This document shows positions 41,335 through 53,565 of a DNA stretch of 64,000 nucleotides, one piece after another. The number at the start of each line of letters is the position of its first letter. The first letter of the stretch is position 1. Source of the DNA: Candidatus Sulfomarinibacteraceae bacterium. GTDB taxonomy: Bacteria; Acidobacteriota; Thermoanaerobaculia; Thermoanaerobaculales; Sulfomarinibacteraceae. Both the position numbers and the translations under genes were made by a program. The stretch is from NCBI GenBank assembly GCA_963714895.1, contig CAVQQC010000020.1, positions 21,985 through 85,984 of the forward strand, given 5' to 3'. Under the pieces are notes generated by a model. It ran no database searches. It saw nothing but the letters and a program-made list of their open reading frames with translations, and was not told the DNA's origin.

Positions 41335-43737
41335 TCACCTTCCATCGTCGTCCGGCGTGTCGTCGTTGAGCGAGAGCGTCTCGTCGACCTCACCAAAGAA
41401 ATTCTCGGGCACCAGCAACTCGCGCCCCTTCGACCCGGCCAGCGGTCCCACCAGGCCCTCCTTCTCCATCATATCCAACAGACGCGCGGATCGCGTGTAG
41501 CCGAGCCGCAACCGGCGTTGAATGTAGGAGGCCGAGGCCTTGCGGGTCTTGACCACCAACCTCGCCGCCGCGTCGTACATGGGATCGGAGATGTCCTCGG
41601 GATCATCACCCGGGGTCGTCTTGCCGCCGCGGTCCGGCGGCCCGAGGGGTGCGTGCGACAGGACCTCGCGGTGGTACTCGGGTTTGCCGAAACGTTTGAT
41701 ATAGCGGACCACGCTGTGGATCTCTTTTTCGGTGACCAGAGGCCCGTGCAACCGCATCAGGCTGCCGCTGCCCGGCGGCAGGAACAGCATGTCACCGCGA
41801 CCCAGCAGGTGCTCGGCGCCCATCGAATCGAGAATGGTCCGGGAGTCGAACCGCGACCGCACCCGGTAGGCGATCCGGCAGGTGAAGTTGGCCTTGATGA
41901 TGCCGGTGAGGATATCGACCGACGGACGTTGGGTGGCGCAGATCAGGTGGACACCGACCGCGCGTGCCTTTTGCGCGAGTCGCGTGATGGACTCCTCGAC
42001 GGCGCGTCCGGAGGTGATCATCAAATCGGCGAGCTCGTCGATCACGATCACGATATAGGGCAGGGGAGCGAGTTCGGGATTTTCGCCATCGCCCTTCTCG
42101 GCGATCTTCTTCTTCGCCCGCCGCAACTGGACGGGGTCCCGGACGAGCTGGTTGTACTGCTGCAGGTTGCGGACACCGAGAGCCGCCAGAATGTGGTATC
42201 GGCTGTCCATTTCGGCCACCGCCCACCCCAGGGCGTTGGCCGCCTTCTTGGGATTGGAGATGATCGGGGTCAAGAGGTGGGGAATGTCCGCATAGACGCC
42301 GAGCTCCACCATCTTGGGATCGACGAGAATGAACTTGACCTCGTCGGGCCGAGCCTTGTAGAGGATCGACATGATCATCGCGTTGAGCCCCACCGACTTT
42401 CCGGCTCCGGTGAAACCGCCGATGAGCAGGTGCGGCATCCGCGCGAGATCGGAGAAGAACGGCTTGCCGCGGATGTCGACACCGAGGCTCAGGGTGAGCA
42501 GGGACTGGGCGCGTTGGAACTCGGGGGCCTCGATGAGCTGCCGCAGCCGGATGACCTCCGGGTCGGGGCTCGGCACCTCGATGCCGACCGTCGCGCGCCC
42601 CGGTATGCGGTCGATGCGGACCGATTCGGTCCGCAGCGCGAGCGCCAGATCCTCCGACAGGTTCTGCACCGCTGAGATCTTCACGCCGGAGTCGAGCCGG
42701 AATTCGTAGGTGGTGATGACCGGACCGGTGCGGATGTTGACCACCTCGCCGCGGACCTTGAACTCGCCGCACTTGGCGGTGATGAGCTTGCCCATTTCAA
42801 TCAGCGCCGCCGAATCGCGCTCGGGCGCCTCTTCGGCCATTTCGAGAAAGGAGTCCTTGGGGAGATCGTAGCTTTCGAGGTCCTCGACGAAGTCGAACTC
42901 CTCCTGAACGTCGGCCGGCTTCGCCTTCGGTTTGGGCTCGGTCTTCGGCCGTGCCGGGGCAGCCTCGCGCTTGGCCGCCACCTGGCGTGGCGGCGGTCCT
43001 TCGACGGTCGGCTCCTCGGCCTGTTTGCGAACGATTCGGAACCGGCCGCGGCCTTCGACCTCCTTGACCGTCAACGAGCCCTTGTAGTCGTCGTCGCCCT
43101 CCATCCGCTGGATCTGCCGTTCGAAGACCCGCTGCTTCGCCTGCTCCTCCGCCTTTTCCCGGAGACGATCGGACCGCTGACGGCGCCGTTCGAACCAATG
43201 ATCCCGCAGTCTTTCCGAAAGGCGGTCGGCATATGCGCCCGCCGAAGCACCCGAGATCAGGAGGACCCCGATCACGAGCAGAAAAGACAACACGACAATG
43301 CCACCGACCGGTCCGGCAAAGCCCCGCAACAGTTCGGTCTCGGCCAGACCGACGAAGCCCCCCGCCGACACCCGGCCGTCGCGGAACGGCAGATCGGCGC
43401 CGACCATCGCCGCGAAACCCGGCAGCGCCAGCAGGATCGCCGCCCAGCCCACACCGGCGATACGCGGGTTGGCCATCGGTGACTGCCTGAGCAACCGCCA
43501 TCCGATCACGGCGGCCGCCACGGGCAGAATGAAGGCGGTCACGCCGATAAAGCTGAAGAGGGCGGCGGACAGAGTCGCGCCCAGCCAACCGGCGAGATTT
43601 TCCGGACTCGACCTCAGGGTCGAGGCGTGAAACGGGCTAGGGTCGAGCGGCGAGTGGGACAACAGGGCCACCACCACCAACAGGGCGCCCAACAACAGAC
43701 CCACGGCGGCCGCCTCGCGGAGGACGCGCTCTCTCAC
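41335..43737 (-). CDS. ftsK: DNA translocase FtsK/SpoIIIE
   Basis: N-terminal 4-5 TM helices, a linker, a motor domain (…LLIGGFTGAGKSVGLNAMI… Walker A; …YIVIVIDELADLM… Walker B) and a gamma domain (…ASASYIQRRLRLGYTRSARLLDMMEKEGLVGP…). The GTG start at 43737 overlaps the uppP stop (GTGA). Confidence 0.9.
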   Translation of the reverse strand: MRERVLREAAAVGLLLGALLVVVALLSHSPLDPSPFHASTLRSSPENLAGWLGATLSAALFSFIGVTAFILPVAAAVIGWRLLRQSPMANPRIAGVGWAAILLALPGFAAMVGADLPFRDGRVSAGGFVGLAETELLRGFAGPVGGIVVLSFLLVIGVLLISGASAGAYADRLSERLRDHWFERRRQRSDRLREKAEEQAKQRVFERQIQRMEGDDDYKGSLTVKEVEGRGRFRIVRKQAEEPTVEGPPPRQVAAKREAAPARPKTEPKPKAKPADVQEEFDFVEDLESYDLPKDSFLEMAEEAPERDSAALIEMGKLITAKCGEFKVRGEVVNIRTGPVITTYEFRLDSGVKISAVQNLSEDLALALRTESVRIDRIPGRATVGIEVPSPDPEVIRLRQLIEAPEFQRAQSLLTLSLGVDIRGKPFFSDLARMPHLLIGGFTGAGKSVGLNAMIMSILYKARPDEVKFILVDPKMVELGVYADIPHLLTPIISNPKKAANALGWAVAEMDSRYHILAALGVRNLQQYNQLVRDPVQLRRAKKKIAEKGDGENPELAPLPYIVIVIDELADLMITSGRAVEESITRLAQKARAVGVHLICATQRPSVDILTGIIKANFTCRIAYRVRSRFDSRTILDSMGAEHLLGRGDMLFLPPGSGSLMRLHGPLVTEKEIHSVVRYIKRFGKPEYHREVLSHAPLGPPDRGGKTTPGDDPEDISDPMYDAAARLVVKTRKASASYIQRRLRLGYTRSARLLDMMEKEGLVGPLAGSKGRELLVPENFFGEVDETLSLNDDTPDDDGR

Positions 43738-44520
43738 CGGAGCCACCCCCAGGTCACCACCACCAGACCGAGCGGAATGCAGTACCAGGCGAAGCGGTGA
43801 AAGACCCGACTCGAAACGGCCTTGATCACCAGACGCAGGGCAAAGTAACCGGTGACGGCGGCGGCGGTCGCGCCGATCAAACAGGCGAGACCGAACCCGT
43901 TCGGTGAATGATGGGGAAGCCGCCACGCGCCGACAACCTCGAGAATGGCAACCATGACGATGGCCGGCACCCCCAGGAGGAAGGAGAAGCGGGCGGACCA
44001 CGACCTCTCCAAGCCGCCGGCGAGCCCCGCCGCGATGGTCATGCCGGAGCGCGAGAGGCCGGGGAAGATCGCCAGACCCTGGGCCAGGCCCACGGTGATC
44101 GCCTGCCGCCACGTCATCATCATTTCATCGCCCTGACCGCCAGGCAGGCGAGCCGTCAAGGCGACCACTCCACCGGTGACCAGTAGGGCCACACCGACCC
44201 AGATCGGTTTCACGAAGGCTGCTACCGCGATCGAGCGGAGCGGAAGCGCCAGAACAGCCGTCGCAACAGTCCCCGCGGCGATCAACCCGATCAGCCGGTG
44301 GCCGCTGCGGCGTGGTGACCCACTCGACGATGTGGCGGCGTTCGTACCACACCACGGCAGCCGCGGTTCCCACGTGCAGCATTGCGTCAAACACGACACC
44401 CGATTGGCTGAAGCCCGGGATCAACATCTGTACAACGGCCAGGTGACCGGACGACGAGACCGGGAGGAACTCGGTCAGACCCTGCAGAACGCCGAGCAGT
44501 GCCGCAGTCCACAACGTCAT
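43734..44520 (-). pseudogene. uppP: Undecaprenyl-diphosphate phosphatase (BacA/UppP), one frameshift
   Basis: MTLWTAALLGVLQGLTEFLPVSSSGHL… (44520 frame) continues as …GLAQGLAIFPGLSRSGMTIAAGL… in the 43734-44399 frame. The shift lies near 44310. Confidence 0.9.
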
Positions 44521-44646
44521 CCCAGACGGCCCTTTCCGGGCCGCACACCACCTGATCGACGGCGGTTTGTCCGACGATTCTCATCGCGAAGTCCCATGCC
44601 TATTGAAATGGTATCACTTCCAGGCAAGTCCCTGCCAACGACTGAC

Positions 44647-45413
44647 TTATGACTGTGAAGCGAGCCCAATCCAACCCTCGAGACCGACCGTTCCCGGACG
44701 TTGGGCCGGATCGAGACCGGCGCCTGCGATGGCCGCGGCATCGCGCAGGGGGGCCACGGCGTTGCTCAACATCTTCCGCGGTTTGGTCAACGCGTGGGCG
44801 GCGAGTGGCGAGCCCTGCGGCGATCGCCGCGGGGTCGAACGCGGGTGGTCGTAGATCGACGACGAGAACGCTCGATACCACCTTCGGCACCGGCCGGAAG
44901 GCGCGCGAAGGCACGTCGAAAAGGACCCGCGCCTCGCCCCAGGCCGCGCGTTCCAGCGCCAGCAGCCCGTGACCACTCCCACCCGGGAGAGACCACGACA
45001 CGGTGTGCCACCTCGCGCTGCAGCATCACCACGAGACGCGTGAAAAGGTCGTGACGGGGCATCAGCCTCCTCAGAATGGCCGTGCCCACCGAGTACGGCA
45101 GATTGGCGGCCACCTGCCACGGCGATTCGGCGGCCGTCAGTTGGTCGAGATCCTCGCGGAGAGCATCGCCATGCCGAATCTCAAAGTCGCGGCCGCCGAA
45201 TCGCTGCTGGAGTTGCGGCACGAGGTTTTCGTCGAGCTCGAGAGCCAACACTCTCTCGAACCTCTCCAGAAGGACCTCCGTCAACGCCCCGCGTCCCGGT
45301 CCGATCTCGAGAACCCTTGCCGGCTCGTCGGCGAGTGTCGACACGATCCGCTCGGCGACACCGGAGTCGACGAGAAAGTTCTGGCCGAGGCGGTGGCGTT
45401 TCGGTCTTCCCAT
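44647..45413 (-). pseudogene. rsmA: 16S rRNA (adenine1518/1519-N6)-dimethyltransferase RsmA/KsgA, two frameshifts
   Basis: MGRPKRHRLGQNFLVD…VLEIGPGRGALT…ANLPYSVGT…, then …LFDVPSRAFRPVPKVVSSVL… and …KPRKMLSNAV… in two other frames. Confidence 0.9.
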
Positions 45414-45422
45414 GAAAACGTT

Positions 45423-45524
45423 ATGAGTTTTGAGTTTTGAGTCTTGAGTTGAGGACACTTCTCACCTGCACGGTCAATCGTGGTGAAAGTGAACTCAAAA
45501 CTAAAAACTCAACACTCAAAACTA
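45423..45524. repeat. Imperfect inverted pair of heptamer arrays: (GAGTTTT)x4 at 45423-45453 and (AAAACTC-like)x4.5 at 45491-45524
   Basis: Fills the trpA-rsmA intercistronic gap with a 37-nt spacer. The right arm reaches the trpA stop codon. Confidence 0.85.
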
Positions 45525-46319
45525 CCTCTTGCAGGCTTCGGCGAGGGTTGCGGCGAAACGCTCGACCTCGTCGGCGAGCTCGTCGCAATCCCCGAGGGCG
45601 CCGATGCGGCTGACAATGGCGGACCCGACCACCACGCCGTCGGCCTTCGCCGCCACCTTCGCCACCTGCTCCGGCGTGGAGATCCCGAAACCTACGGCCA
45701 CCGGCAGCCGCGAGGCCTTGTGCGCGGTCTTGATGTTCCGCTCGAGCTCGGCATCGAGGTCCTGCCGGGCGCCGGTGACGCCGGTTCGCGAAACCAGGTA
45801 GAGGAACCCCCCGCCGAAACGAGCCGCAGCCTTCATTCGTTTGCGGCCGGATGTCGGGGTGACCAGCATGATCAGGTCGAGACCGGCCGGAGCGAGGATC
45901 TGCTCGAACGGCTCCATTTCTTCTGCGGGAACATCGGTGAAAAGCACGCCGTCGACACCGGCAGCCGCCGCATCGGTGGCGAATTGTTCGAGACCGTAGC
46001 GGATGACCGGGTTGGCATAGGTGAAAAGCACGATCGGGATGTCGACCGACTGCCGGAGGGCGGTGATGGTGGCGAGCACTCCGGCCAGGGTGGTCCCCGA
46101 TGCCAGGGCCCTTTCGGCGGCGCGTTGATTGGTAGGGCCGTCGGCGATCGGGTCCGAAAAGGGCACTCCGAGTTCGACGATGTCGGCCCCCGCCCGTGCG
46201 AGCGCGTGAACGATGTCGACGGTTCGTTCAAGCGTCGGGTCCCCGGCCGTGACATAGGGAATGAAGGCCGCTCGTTTTTCGTGGTCGACGGTTTTCATGG
46301 CGTCGCGCAACCGGCTCAT
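45522..46319 (-). CDS. trpA: Tryptophan synthase alpha chain
   Basis: …[10 protein letters not shown]…[21 protein letters not shown]…GFGIS… 265 aa, with a 4-nt overlap with trpB. Confidence 0.95.
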   Translation of the reverse strand: MSRLRDAMKTVDHEKRAAFIPYVTAGDPTLERTVDIVHALARAGADIVELGVPFSDPIADGPTNQRAAERALASGTTLAGVLATITALRQSVDIPIVLFTYANPVIRYGLEQFATDAAAAGVDGVLFTDVPAEEMEPFEQILAPAGLDLIMLVTPTSGRKRMKAAARFGGGFLYLVSRTGVTGARQDLDAELERNIKTAHKASRLPVAVGFGISTPEQVAKVAAKADGVVVGSAIVSRIGALGDCDELADEVERFAATLAEACKR

Positions 46320-47512
46320 AACGAGCCCCTCTCGACCAACGCCACCTCGCCGAGGTCCTTGTCCCCGCGTCCCGAGAGGTTGACGAGAACGTTGCTGCCG
46401 AACGTCATCGACGGCGCCACTCTCGCCGCGTAGGCGACGGCGTGGGCCGATTCCAGGGCCGGGATGATCCCCTCGGTCTCGGCCAGCAGATGAAAAGCCG
46501 CAATCGCGGAGTCGTCATCAACACAGGTATAGGTCACGCGACCGCTCTCCTGCCACTCGACGTGCTCCGGTCCGACCGCGGGATAGTCGAGGCCTGCCGA
46601 CACCGAGTGGGTCCGCAGCACCTGGCCATCGCCGTCCTGGAGCACCCGGGTCCGGGTGCCGTGGAGAACCCCCGGCGCCGCGCTGCCGGTGAACCGCGCA
46701 GCGTGCTCTCCCGGTTCGAGGCTTCTTCCGCCGGCCTCGACCCCCGCCAGCGCTACCGATTCGAACGGAATGAAGGCGGTGAACATCCCGGCCGCGTTCG
46801 AGCCTCCCCCGACACACGCCACGACGAGGTCCGGCAGCGTCCTTGTCGCCTTTTTGAACTGCGCCATCGCCTCCCGTCCTATCACCGTCTGAAAATCCCG
46901 CACCATCATCGGATAGGGGTGGGGGCCGAGCACCGATCCGAGGATGTAATGCGTGGTATGGACGTTGGTGACCCAGTCGCGCAGCGCCTCGTTGATCGCG
47001 TCCTTGAGAGTGCACGAGCCCGCGTCCACGGCAACGACCTCCGCGCCCATGAGCTTCATCCGCACCACGTTGAGCGCCTGGCGCCGCATGTCTTCCGAGC
47101 CCATGTAGACCCGGCACTCGAGACCGAGCAGGGCGGCCGCTGTCGCCACCGCCACCCCGTGCTGGCCGGCGCCGGTCTCGGCGATCACTCTCCCCTTGCC
47201 CATTTCGTGGGTCAGGAGGGCCTGCCCGAGGGCGTTGTTGATCTTGTGCGCCCCGGTGTGGCACAGGTCCTCGCGTTTGAGCCAGATGCGGGCGCCGCCG
47301 AGATGAGCCGACAACCGCCGCGCCTGATACAGCGGGGTGGGCCGGCCCACGTAGTGGGTCAGGAGCTCATCCAGCCGCGCCTGGAATCCCCGGTCGCGCG
47401 ACGCCTTGCGAAAACTCTCCTGGAGCTCCGCCAGGGGGGCCATCAAGGTCTCAGGAACGAACCTGCCGCCATAGTCGCCGAAATACCCACGGGCGTCGGG
47501 GAGCTTTTTCAT
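46316..47512 (-). CDS. trpB: Tryptophan synthase beta chain
   Basis: …[16 protein letters not shown]…[16 protein letters not shown]…[10 protein letters not shown]… 398 aa. Confidence 0.95.
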   Translation of the reverse strand: MKKLPDARGYFGDYGGRFVPETLMAPLAELQESFRKASRDRGFQARLDELLTHYVGRPTPLYQARRLSAHLGGARIWLKREDLCHTGAHKINNALGQALLTHEMGKGRVIAETGAGQHGVAVATAAALLGLECRVYMGSEDMRRQALNVVRMKLMGAEVVAVDAGSCTLKDAINEALRDWVTNVHTTHYILGSVLGPHPYPMMVRDFQTVIGREAMAQFKKATRTLPDLVVACVGGGSNAAGMFTAFIPFESVALAGVEAGGRSLEPGEHAARFTGSAAPGVLHGTRTRVLQDGDGQVLRTHSVSAGLDYPAVGPEHVEWQESGRVTYTCVDDDSAIAAFHLLAETEGIIPALESAHAVAYAARVAPSMTFGSNVLVNLSGRGDKDLGEVALVERGSL

Positions 47513-47544
47513 GAGGCACAGATTCTACCTGAGAATCGCCGATG

Positions 47545-47643
47545 CGAGTTCTGAGTTCTTAGTTTTGAGTTATCCCGATCCATCGGGATGCTCCCGGGCG
47601 GGGCGATGGAAATTCAAAACTCAAAACTCAAAACTCAAAACTG
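47545..47643. repeat. Imperfect inverted pair of heptamer arrays: (GAGTTCT/GAGTTTT)x4 at 47545-47573 and (AAAACTC)x4.5 at 47609-47643
   Basis: Located between the PD40 lipoprotein stop and the trpB start, with a 35-nt spacer containing cccgat-cc-atcggg. Two of three arm mismatches are G-U compatible only on the minus (sense) strand. Confidence 0.85.
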
Positions 47644-47653
47644 GCGCGACCCG

Positions 47654-48676
47654 TCAGGGTCGCAACTGCTCGATCACTTCTGCGCTCACCCACCAGATGT
47701 CCGAACTGCCCTGTCCGGGACGGGTGGAGAGATCGAGCAGCTCGGTGATCGGCCGGCCGGTCAGCGGGAGACCGGCCTCTTCGTCAGCTCGGGAAGACAT
47801 GAAAAAGAGGTATGTGCCGTCGGGCGACAGCGAGGCCGACCACTCGCGGCCGACCGGTTGGTTGATGGTCGGGCCCAGGTTGATGGGCTCGGACCAGGTG
47901 TCATCGTCGCCACGAAAGACCACGAAGTAGTCGACCCCACCTAATCCGTCCTCGCGGCCCATCGCCGGCACGATCGCAAAGGACTCGTCGGGGGCGACGA
48001 AAACGTTGAACCTGTTCGTACCGCAGTTCACCTGCGGTGGCAGGAGTTCGGGTTCGGTGTAGACCCCGTCGACGAAACGCGAGCGGTAGGTCGAGGACAC
48101 CCGGTCCTCCCCCTCGCGGGTGAAGTACAGGGTGCCGTCGGCGGTGACTGACGGATAGTACTCGGGAGCGTCGGAGTTGACGGGCGGCCCGAGGTTGTAG
48201 GGTTCGCCCCACGCATCGCCCTCCCTGTCCATCACCCAGATGTCCTGGTAGACCCACCCCGGTTTTTCCTCTTGCCCCGGCTGCGGCCGGGTGGAGAGGA
48301 AGAAGAACCTCTGGCCATCGGCGGAAATCGCCGGCTCGATGTCCAGATAGCGACCCGAAAAGGGCGCCACCTCCGGCTCGCTCCAGACGCCGTCGACCTG
48401 GTGCGCAACCATGATCATGGTCCTGTCGCCAAGGGTGACCGAAAAGTAGAGCTCTTCACCGTCCGGTGTCATCGCGAGATCGCGGGTCGCGAGCCCGGTG
48501 GAAACGACGCCCGGCGCGAAGAGCCGTGGTTCGAGGCCGGGTGGTTCCTGGCCGAGGTACGGGCCGCGCATTTCGGGCAATGCCTGCGCGAGCCCGCCTC
48601 CGGTATCGTCGAATGACATCGGTGAACAGGCCGCGAAGACGAGACACAGACCGGCGGCAAAGATCCGTTGTGACAT
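47654..48676 (-). CDS. PD40/TolB-like beta-propeller lipoprotein embedded in the trp operon
   Basis: GAGGAGGA Shine-Dalgarno plus ATG 48676. MSQRIFAAGLCLVFAACS lipobox. Repeated …PDGEELYFS…, …ADGQRFFFLS…, …ADGTLYFT…, …PDGTYLFFMS… blades. Confidence 0.8.
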   Translation of the reverse strand: MSQRIFAAGLCLVFAACSPMSFDDTGGGLAQALPEMRGPYLGQEPPGLEPRLFAPGVVSTGLATRDLAMTPDGEELYFSVTLGDRTMIMVAHQVDGVWSEPEVAPFSGRYLDIEPAISADGQRFFFLSTRPQPGQEEKPGWVYQDIWVMDREGDAWGEPYNLGPPVNSDAPEYYPSVTADGTLYFTREGEDRVSSTYRSRFVDGVYTEPELLPPQVNCGTNRFNVFVAPDESFAIVPAMGREDGLGGVDYFVVFRGDDDTWSEPINLGPTINQPVGREWSASLSPDGTYLFFMSSRADEEAGLPLTGRPITELLDLSTRPGQGSSDIWWVSAEVIEQLRP

Positions 48677-48711
48677 GAAATCCTCCTCATCCGGATCTAC
48701 GGGAGAACGCC

Positions 48712-49309
48712 TCAGCGGGTTGCCGACCGGGCGTTGTCGATGAACCGCCGGATCTTCGCGTGATCCTTGACGCCCGGTGCAGCTTTCGACGCCGGATGAC
48801 ACATCGACCAGATACGGCCGAGTCGCACGAACGGCATCGGCGACATTTTCCGGAGTGAGACCGCCCGCGAGACCGAAACGCAGACCTGGCGGTCCGTCCG
48901 CCAGACACTCCCACGCCCACGCAAGGCCGTCTCCCGCGCCGGGATCGAAAAGGGGGAGACAGATCCCTGCAAGATGGGCGACCCGTTCCCAGTCAACGTC
49001 GGGACCGACCTTGACCCGGCGAATCACCTGCCGCCCGAGCACTTCGAGAAACGAGTCGGGTTCGTCGCCGTGGAGTTGGACCCAGTCGAGCCCGAGCTTT
49101 TTCCGAATCTGGAGCACCTCAGATAACGGCGCGTCGAGAAAGACCCCGACGGTTTCGGCCCCCCGTACGTCACGGATCCAATCCGCCCGTTCCGGCACCA
49201 GCATCCGAGGGGTCCCGGGTCGAAAAACGAACCCCAGAAAATCGGCGCCGGCGGCGACGGCGGCTTCGGCGTCGTCGGGTCGGGTGATGCCGCAGATCTT
49301 GATCAGCAT
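48712..49309 (-). pseudogene. trpF: Phosphoribosylanthranilate isomerase, one frameshift near the 3' end
   Basis: MLIKICGITRPDDAEAAVAAGADFLGFVF…LAGGLTPENV…VDVSSGVES, then …APGVKDHAKIRRFIDNA…* in the 48712 frame. The uncorrected frame runs on into the lipoprotein gene. Confidence 0.9.
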
Positions 49310-49340
49310 GTGGCCCTTCACGACGTCGGCCGCCGGAATC

Positions 49341-50139
49341 TCACGCGCCCGGTCGGGAGAGCCGGCCGCTGAGACGCCGCACCTCGCGCTCCGGGTCGCC
49401 GGAACGGACGAGGTGTTCGCCGATCAGAAAGGCGTGATAACCCGCCGCGTGCAACCGGTCGATGTCCTTGGGGCCGGTGATTCCACTCTCGGCAACCCTG
49501 ATTCGGTCGTCTGGAATCTTTTCGGCCGCTGCCTCGACGCGATCCAAGCGAATCTCGAAGGTGGCGAGATCGCGCGCATTGACCCCGATGATGGCGGCCC
49601 CGGAATCCACCGCCGGACCGGGGTCCTCGTCGGCGAAGATCTCGAGCAGCACCTCGAGCTGGAGCATCTCGGCGGTCGACAACAGGTCCTTGAGTCGCTG
49701 AGGGCTGAGGATCCGGGTGATGAGCAGGACCGCGTCCGCTCCGAGCAGGACGCTTTCGAAGAGCTGCCGCCGCTCGATGATGAAATCCTTGCGCAGGATC
49801 GGGCAGATCCACCGCCTTGCGGACCTCGATCAGCCACAGTGGGTCGCCGGCGAACGAGTCGCGCTCGGTCACCACCGAGATGGCTGCGGCTGGCCGGCCG
49901 CATAGGCCTGGGCGAGAAGTACCGGATCGAATTTCTCGCGGATCACCCCCGCCGACGGCGAGGCCTTCTTGCACTCGGCGATGATCTCGATGTCGGGTCC
50001 GGCCAGTGCGCGTTTCAGCGACCGCGGGCGGGTTTTTCGCTGTTCGACCAGCCGTATCGCGGCCCGCTCGAGACCGGGCGCTTGCGGGGTCCACTGAAGT
50101 CGCTTGCGGACATCCGCGACGATGTTGTCGAGAATCGAC

Positions 50140-50147
<8 letters not shown>
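49341..50147 (-). pseudogene. trpC: Indole-3-glycerol phosphate synthase, at least 3 frameshifts
   Basis: The GTG start overlaps the trpD stop. …[10 protein letters not shown]…[16 protein letters not shown]… / …[14 protein letters not shown]… / …LEVLLEIFADED…IIGVNARDLATFE…VAESGI… lie in three frames. Confidence 0.9.
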
Positions 50148-51182
<1,035 letters not shown>

Positions 51183-51186
<4 letters not shown>

Positions 51187-51821
51187 GTTTCGTCCCGATT
51201 TCGGATTTCGGATTTCGGATTTCGGATTTTCGCCCACTCATCTCTGACAGGAAGGTCGGCAAGGCGCAGAAAATTGGCGAGGAGGTGGCGGCCGTGGTGG
51301 CAGAGGTAGGACTCCGGGTGGAACTGGACGCCGTAGTGGGGACGGTCGCGATCCCGGAGACCCATGATGGTGCCGTCGGTCGTCCATGCGGTGAGTTCCA
51401 ACGACCCCGGCAGAGAGTCTTTTTCCACCACCAGCGAGTGGTACCGGGTCGCCTCGAACGGGTCCGGCAGACCCTCGAAGAGCCCGGTGCCGTCGTGGTG
51501 CACCGGCGAAGTCTTACCGTGCACCGGCTCCGAGGCCCGCACGACCCGGCCTCCGTGGACAGCCGCCAATGCCTGGTGGCCGAGACAGATCCCGAGAAGA
51601 GGCAAGGAGGTAGCGGTCCGCACCATCTCCATCGTGACGCCGGCGTCCTCAGGCACCCCGGGGCCGGGCGAGATGACGATGGCGTCGGGTTTCAGGGCCA
51701 GCAACTCACTCACAGTCGACGCGTCGTTGCGCACCACCTCGATCGGCGTGAGGCCGACCTCCGCAAGCTCCTGCACCAGGTTGTAGGTGAAGGAGTCGTA
51801 GTTGTCGATCATCAGGATCAT
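51183..51821 (-). CDS. trpG: Anthranilate synthase component II (glutamine amidotransferase)
   Basis: MILMIDNYDSFTYNLVQ…LLGICLGHQAL…GVQFHPES… The last ~25 aa (…KIRNPKSEIRNPKSEIRNRDET) are encoded by the heptamer array at 51198-51230. Confidence 0.9.
51198..51230. repeat. Tandem heptamer array (ATTTCGG)x4.5 at the trpG/trpD junction
   Basis: atttcggatttcggatttcggatttcggatttt lies within the 3' end of the trpG ORF. Confidence 0.9.
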
Positions 51822-51839
51822 CTCGCCCCTCCACCATCG

Positions 51840-52020
51840 GAATTTTGAATTTTGAATTTTGAATTTTGAATTATCGGGCGAATCCAGGCTGTGAAAGGCA
51901 CCCCGGGCCGGCCACCGCAGTTCCGATGTCGAAATTCGGAAATGCCACCAATCACCACCTGAAAACAGCTCTGAGGAGCGGACCGAAAAATCCGAAATCC
52001 GAAATCCGAAATCCGAATTT
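51840..52020. repeat. Two heptamer arrays bracketing the trpE-trpG gap: (GAATTTT)x4.5 at 51840-51873 and (AAATCCG)x4.5 at 51987-52020
   Basis: The arms are non-complementary and flank a 113-nt unique core. The right array ends 2 nt before the trpE stop. Confidence 0.85.
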
Positions 52021-52022
52021 TT

Positions 52023-53510
52023 TCAATCATGGTCGGTACCGTTGGCGGCTGCTTCCGCCATGGCGACGGCCTGGACGAGGGCGCCGGCCTTGGCCGCGCA
52101 CTCGGCGAGCTCCGATGCAGGGACCGAGTCGTAGACGATGCCGGCGCCGGCCTGAATCTGGACGCTGCCGCCGCGTTCGACCAGGGTACGGATCGCGATA
52201 CAGGAGTCGAGGTCGCCGTTGAGGTTGCGGTAGCCGATGGCGCCGCCGTAAACACCCCGGCGAACCTCTTCCAACTCGTCGATGATCTCCATCGCCCGCA
52301 CCTTCGGCGCACCGCTCAATGTCCCCGCCGGAAAACAGGCAAAGAGCGCGTCCCAGGCATCGAGTTCGTCGCGGAGGCGGCCCTCGACCTCGCTCACCAG
52401 GTGCATGACGTGGCTGTAACGCTCGACCTCCATTTCGCGCGACACCCGCACCGTCCCGGGCGCCGCGACGCGACCGATGTCGTTGCGCCCGAGGTCGACC
52501 AGCATCACGTGTTCGGCGAGTTCCTTGGGGTCCGCCTTGAGTTCCTCCTCCAACCGCAGGTCTTCGGCGCGGTCGGGGTCGCGGCGACGGGTCCCCGCGA
52601 TGGGGCAGGTCGCCACCCTGTTGCCGCTCACCCTGACCAACATCTCCGGACTCGAACCGAGGATCCGAGCCTGACCGGTGTCGAACAGGAACATGTAGGG
52701 CGAGGGGTTGGTCAGACGCAGCATGCGGTAGATTTCGGCGGCGGTGCAGCGGGGCATCTTGCGCCACCGCCGCGACAGCACCACCTGGAAGATGTCGCCC
52801 GCGAGGATGTGCTCCCGCGCCCGGGAGACGCCCGCCATGAAGTCCTCTTCCGACGGCGTCGCCAGCCAGCCGCCCCAACCTTCCTCCGCCGTCGGAATGA
52901 CGTGCGGCCGCGAGCCCTGATCCCCCTCGAGCAGGGCACGGTGGAGTTGCGTCAGCCTCTTCCGGGCCGCACACCACGCCGCCTCCGCATCGCCTTCGAT
53001 CCGGGCCGCAACCACCAACAACAATCTCTGACGCGCACGGTCGAGCGCCACCACGCCGTCGTAAAGACCGAACCATGCTTCCGGCAGGCCGCCTTCGTCG
53101 CGACCGCTGTCAGGGACCCGTTCGACCAGACGGACCGCGTCGTAGCCCACGTAGCCCATGGCGCCGCCGGCGAAAGGGGGCAGCCCGTCGACCGGCGCCA
53201 CCCTGCCGAGATCGGTCGCCGACCGCAGTTCCTGGAGCGCGTCGCCCCGGCGGGGCGCGCCATCGACAAAGACAGTCCCGTTGCGGACCTCGATCACCCG
53301 AAACGGGTCTGCGCCGACAAAGGAAAATCGCGCTGCGCGCTCACCACCTTCGACGCTCTCGAGCAGAAAGGCGTTGCGGCCCCCGGCGGCAAGGTGGGAA
53401 TAGACGGTGAACGGCGTCACCGTGTCCGAGGTCAGCTCGAGCACCACCGGCACGACGTCGTGATCGCGCGCGAGCCGCTCGAACTCCTGTCTGTCGGGCC
53501 GGACCTCCAT
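52023..53510 (-). CDS. trpE: Anthranilate synthase component I
   Basis: …LLESVEGGERAARFSF…, …GDIFQVVLS…, …GTLSGAPKVRAMEII…RGVYGGAIGY… 495 aa, with a GAGGAGG Shine-Dalgarno. Confidence 0.95.
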   Translation of the reverse strand: MEVRPDRQEFERLARDHDVVPVVLELTSDTVTPFTVYSHLAAGGRNAFLLESVEGGERAARFSFVGADPFRVIEVRNGTVFVDGAPRRGDALQELRSATDLGRVAPVDGLPPFAGGAMGYVGYDAVRLVERVPDSGRDEGGLPEAWFGLYDGVVALDRARQRLLLVVAARIEGDAEAAWCAARKRLTQLHRALLEGDQGSRPHVIPTAEEGWGGWLATPSEEDFMAGVSRAREHILAGDIFQVVLSRRWRKMPRCTAAEIYRMLRLTNPSPYMFLFDTGQARILGSSPEMLVRVSGNRVATCPIAGTRRRDPDRAEDLRLEEELKADPKELAEHVMLVDLGRNDIGRVAAPGTVRVSREMEVERYSHVMHLVSEVEGRLRDELDAWDALFACFPAGTLSGAPKVRAMEIIDELEEVRRGVYGGAIGYRNLNGDLDSCIAIRTLVERGGSVQIQAGAGIVYDSVPASELAECAAKAGALVQAVAMAEAAANGTDHD

Positions 53511-53565
53511 GGCGCCTCCTCGGTTGTCGAAGAGGCATTGTGACGTAAACAGGGGGATGGGTCTA

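Noticed and set aside
41335-44112. 925-aa ORF suggesting an FtsK with a 125-aa N-terminal extension
   Set aside because: The extension is an out-of-frame reading of uppP and is low-complexity (Arg/Gly/Pro). A GTG at 43737 overlapping the uppP stop gives a normal 800-aa FtsK.
47654-49321. Apparent TrpF-beta-propeller fusion protein (555 aa)
   Set aside because: The TrpF C-terminus (…APGVKDHAKIRRFIDNA*) continues in another frame ending at 48712. The lipoprotein has its own Shine-Dalgarno, ATG (48676) and lipobox. The fusion results from a single-base frameshift.
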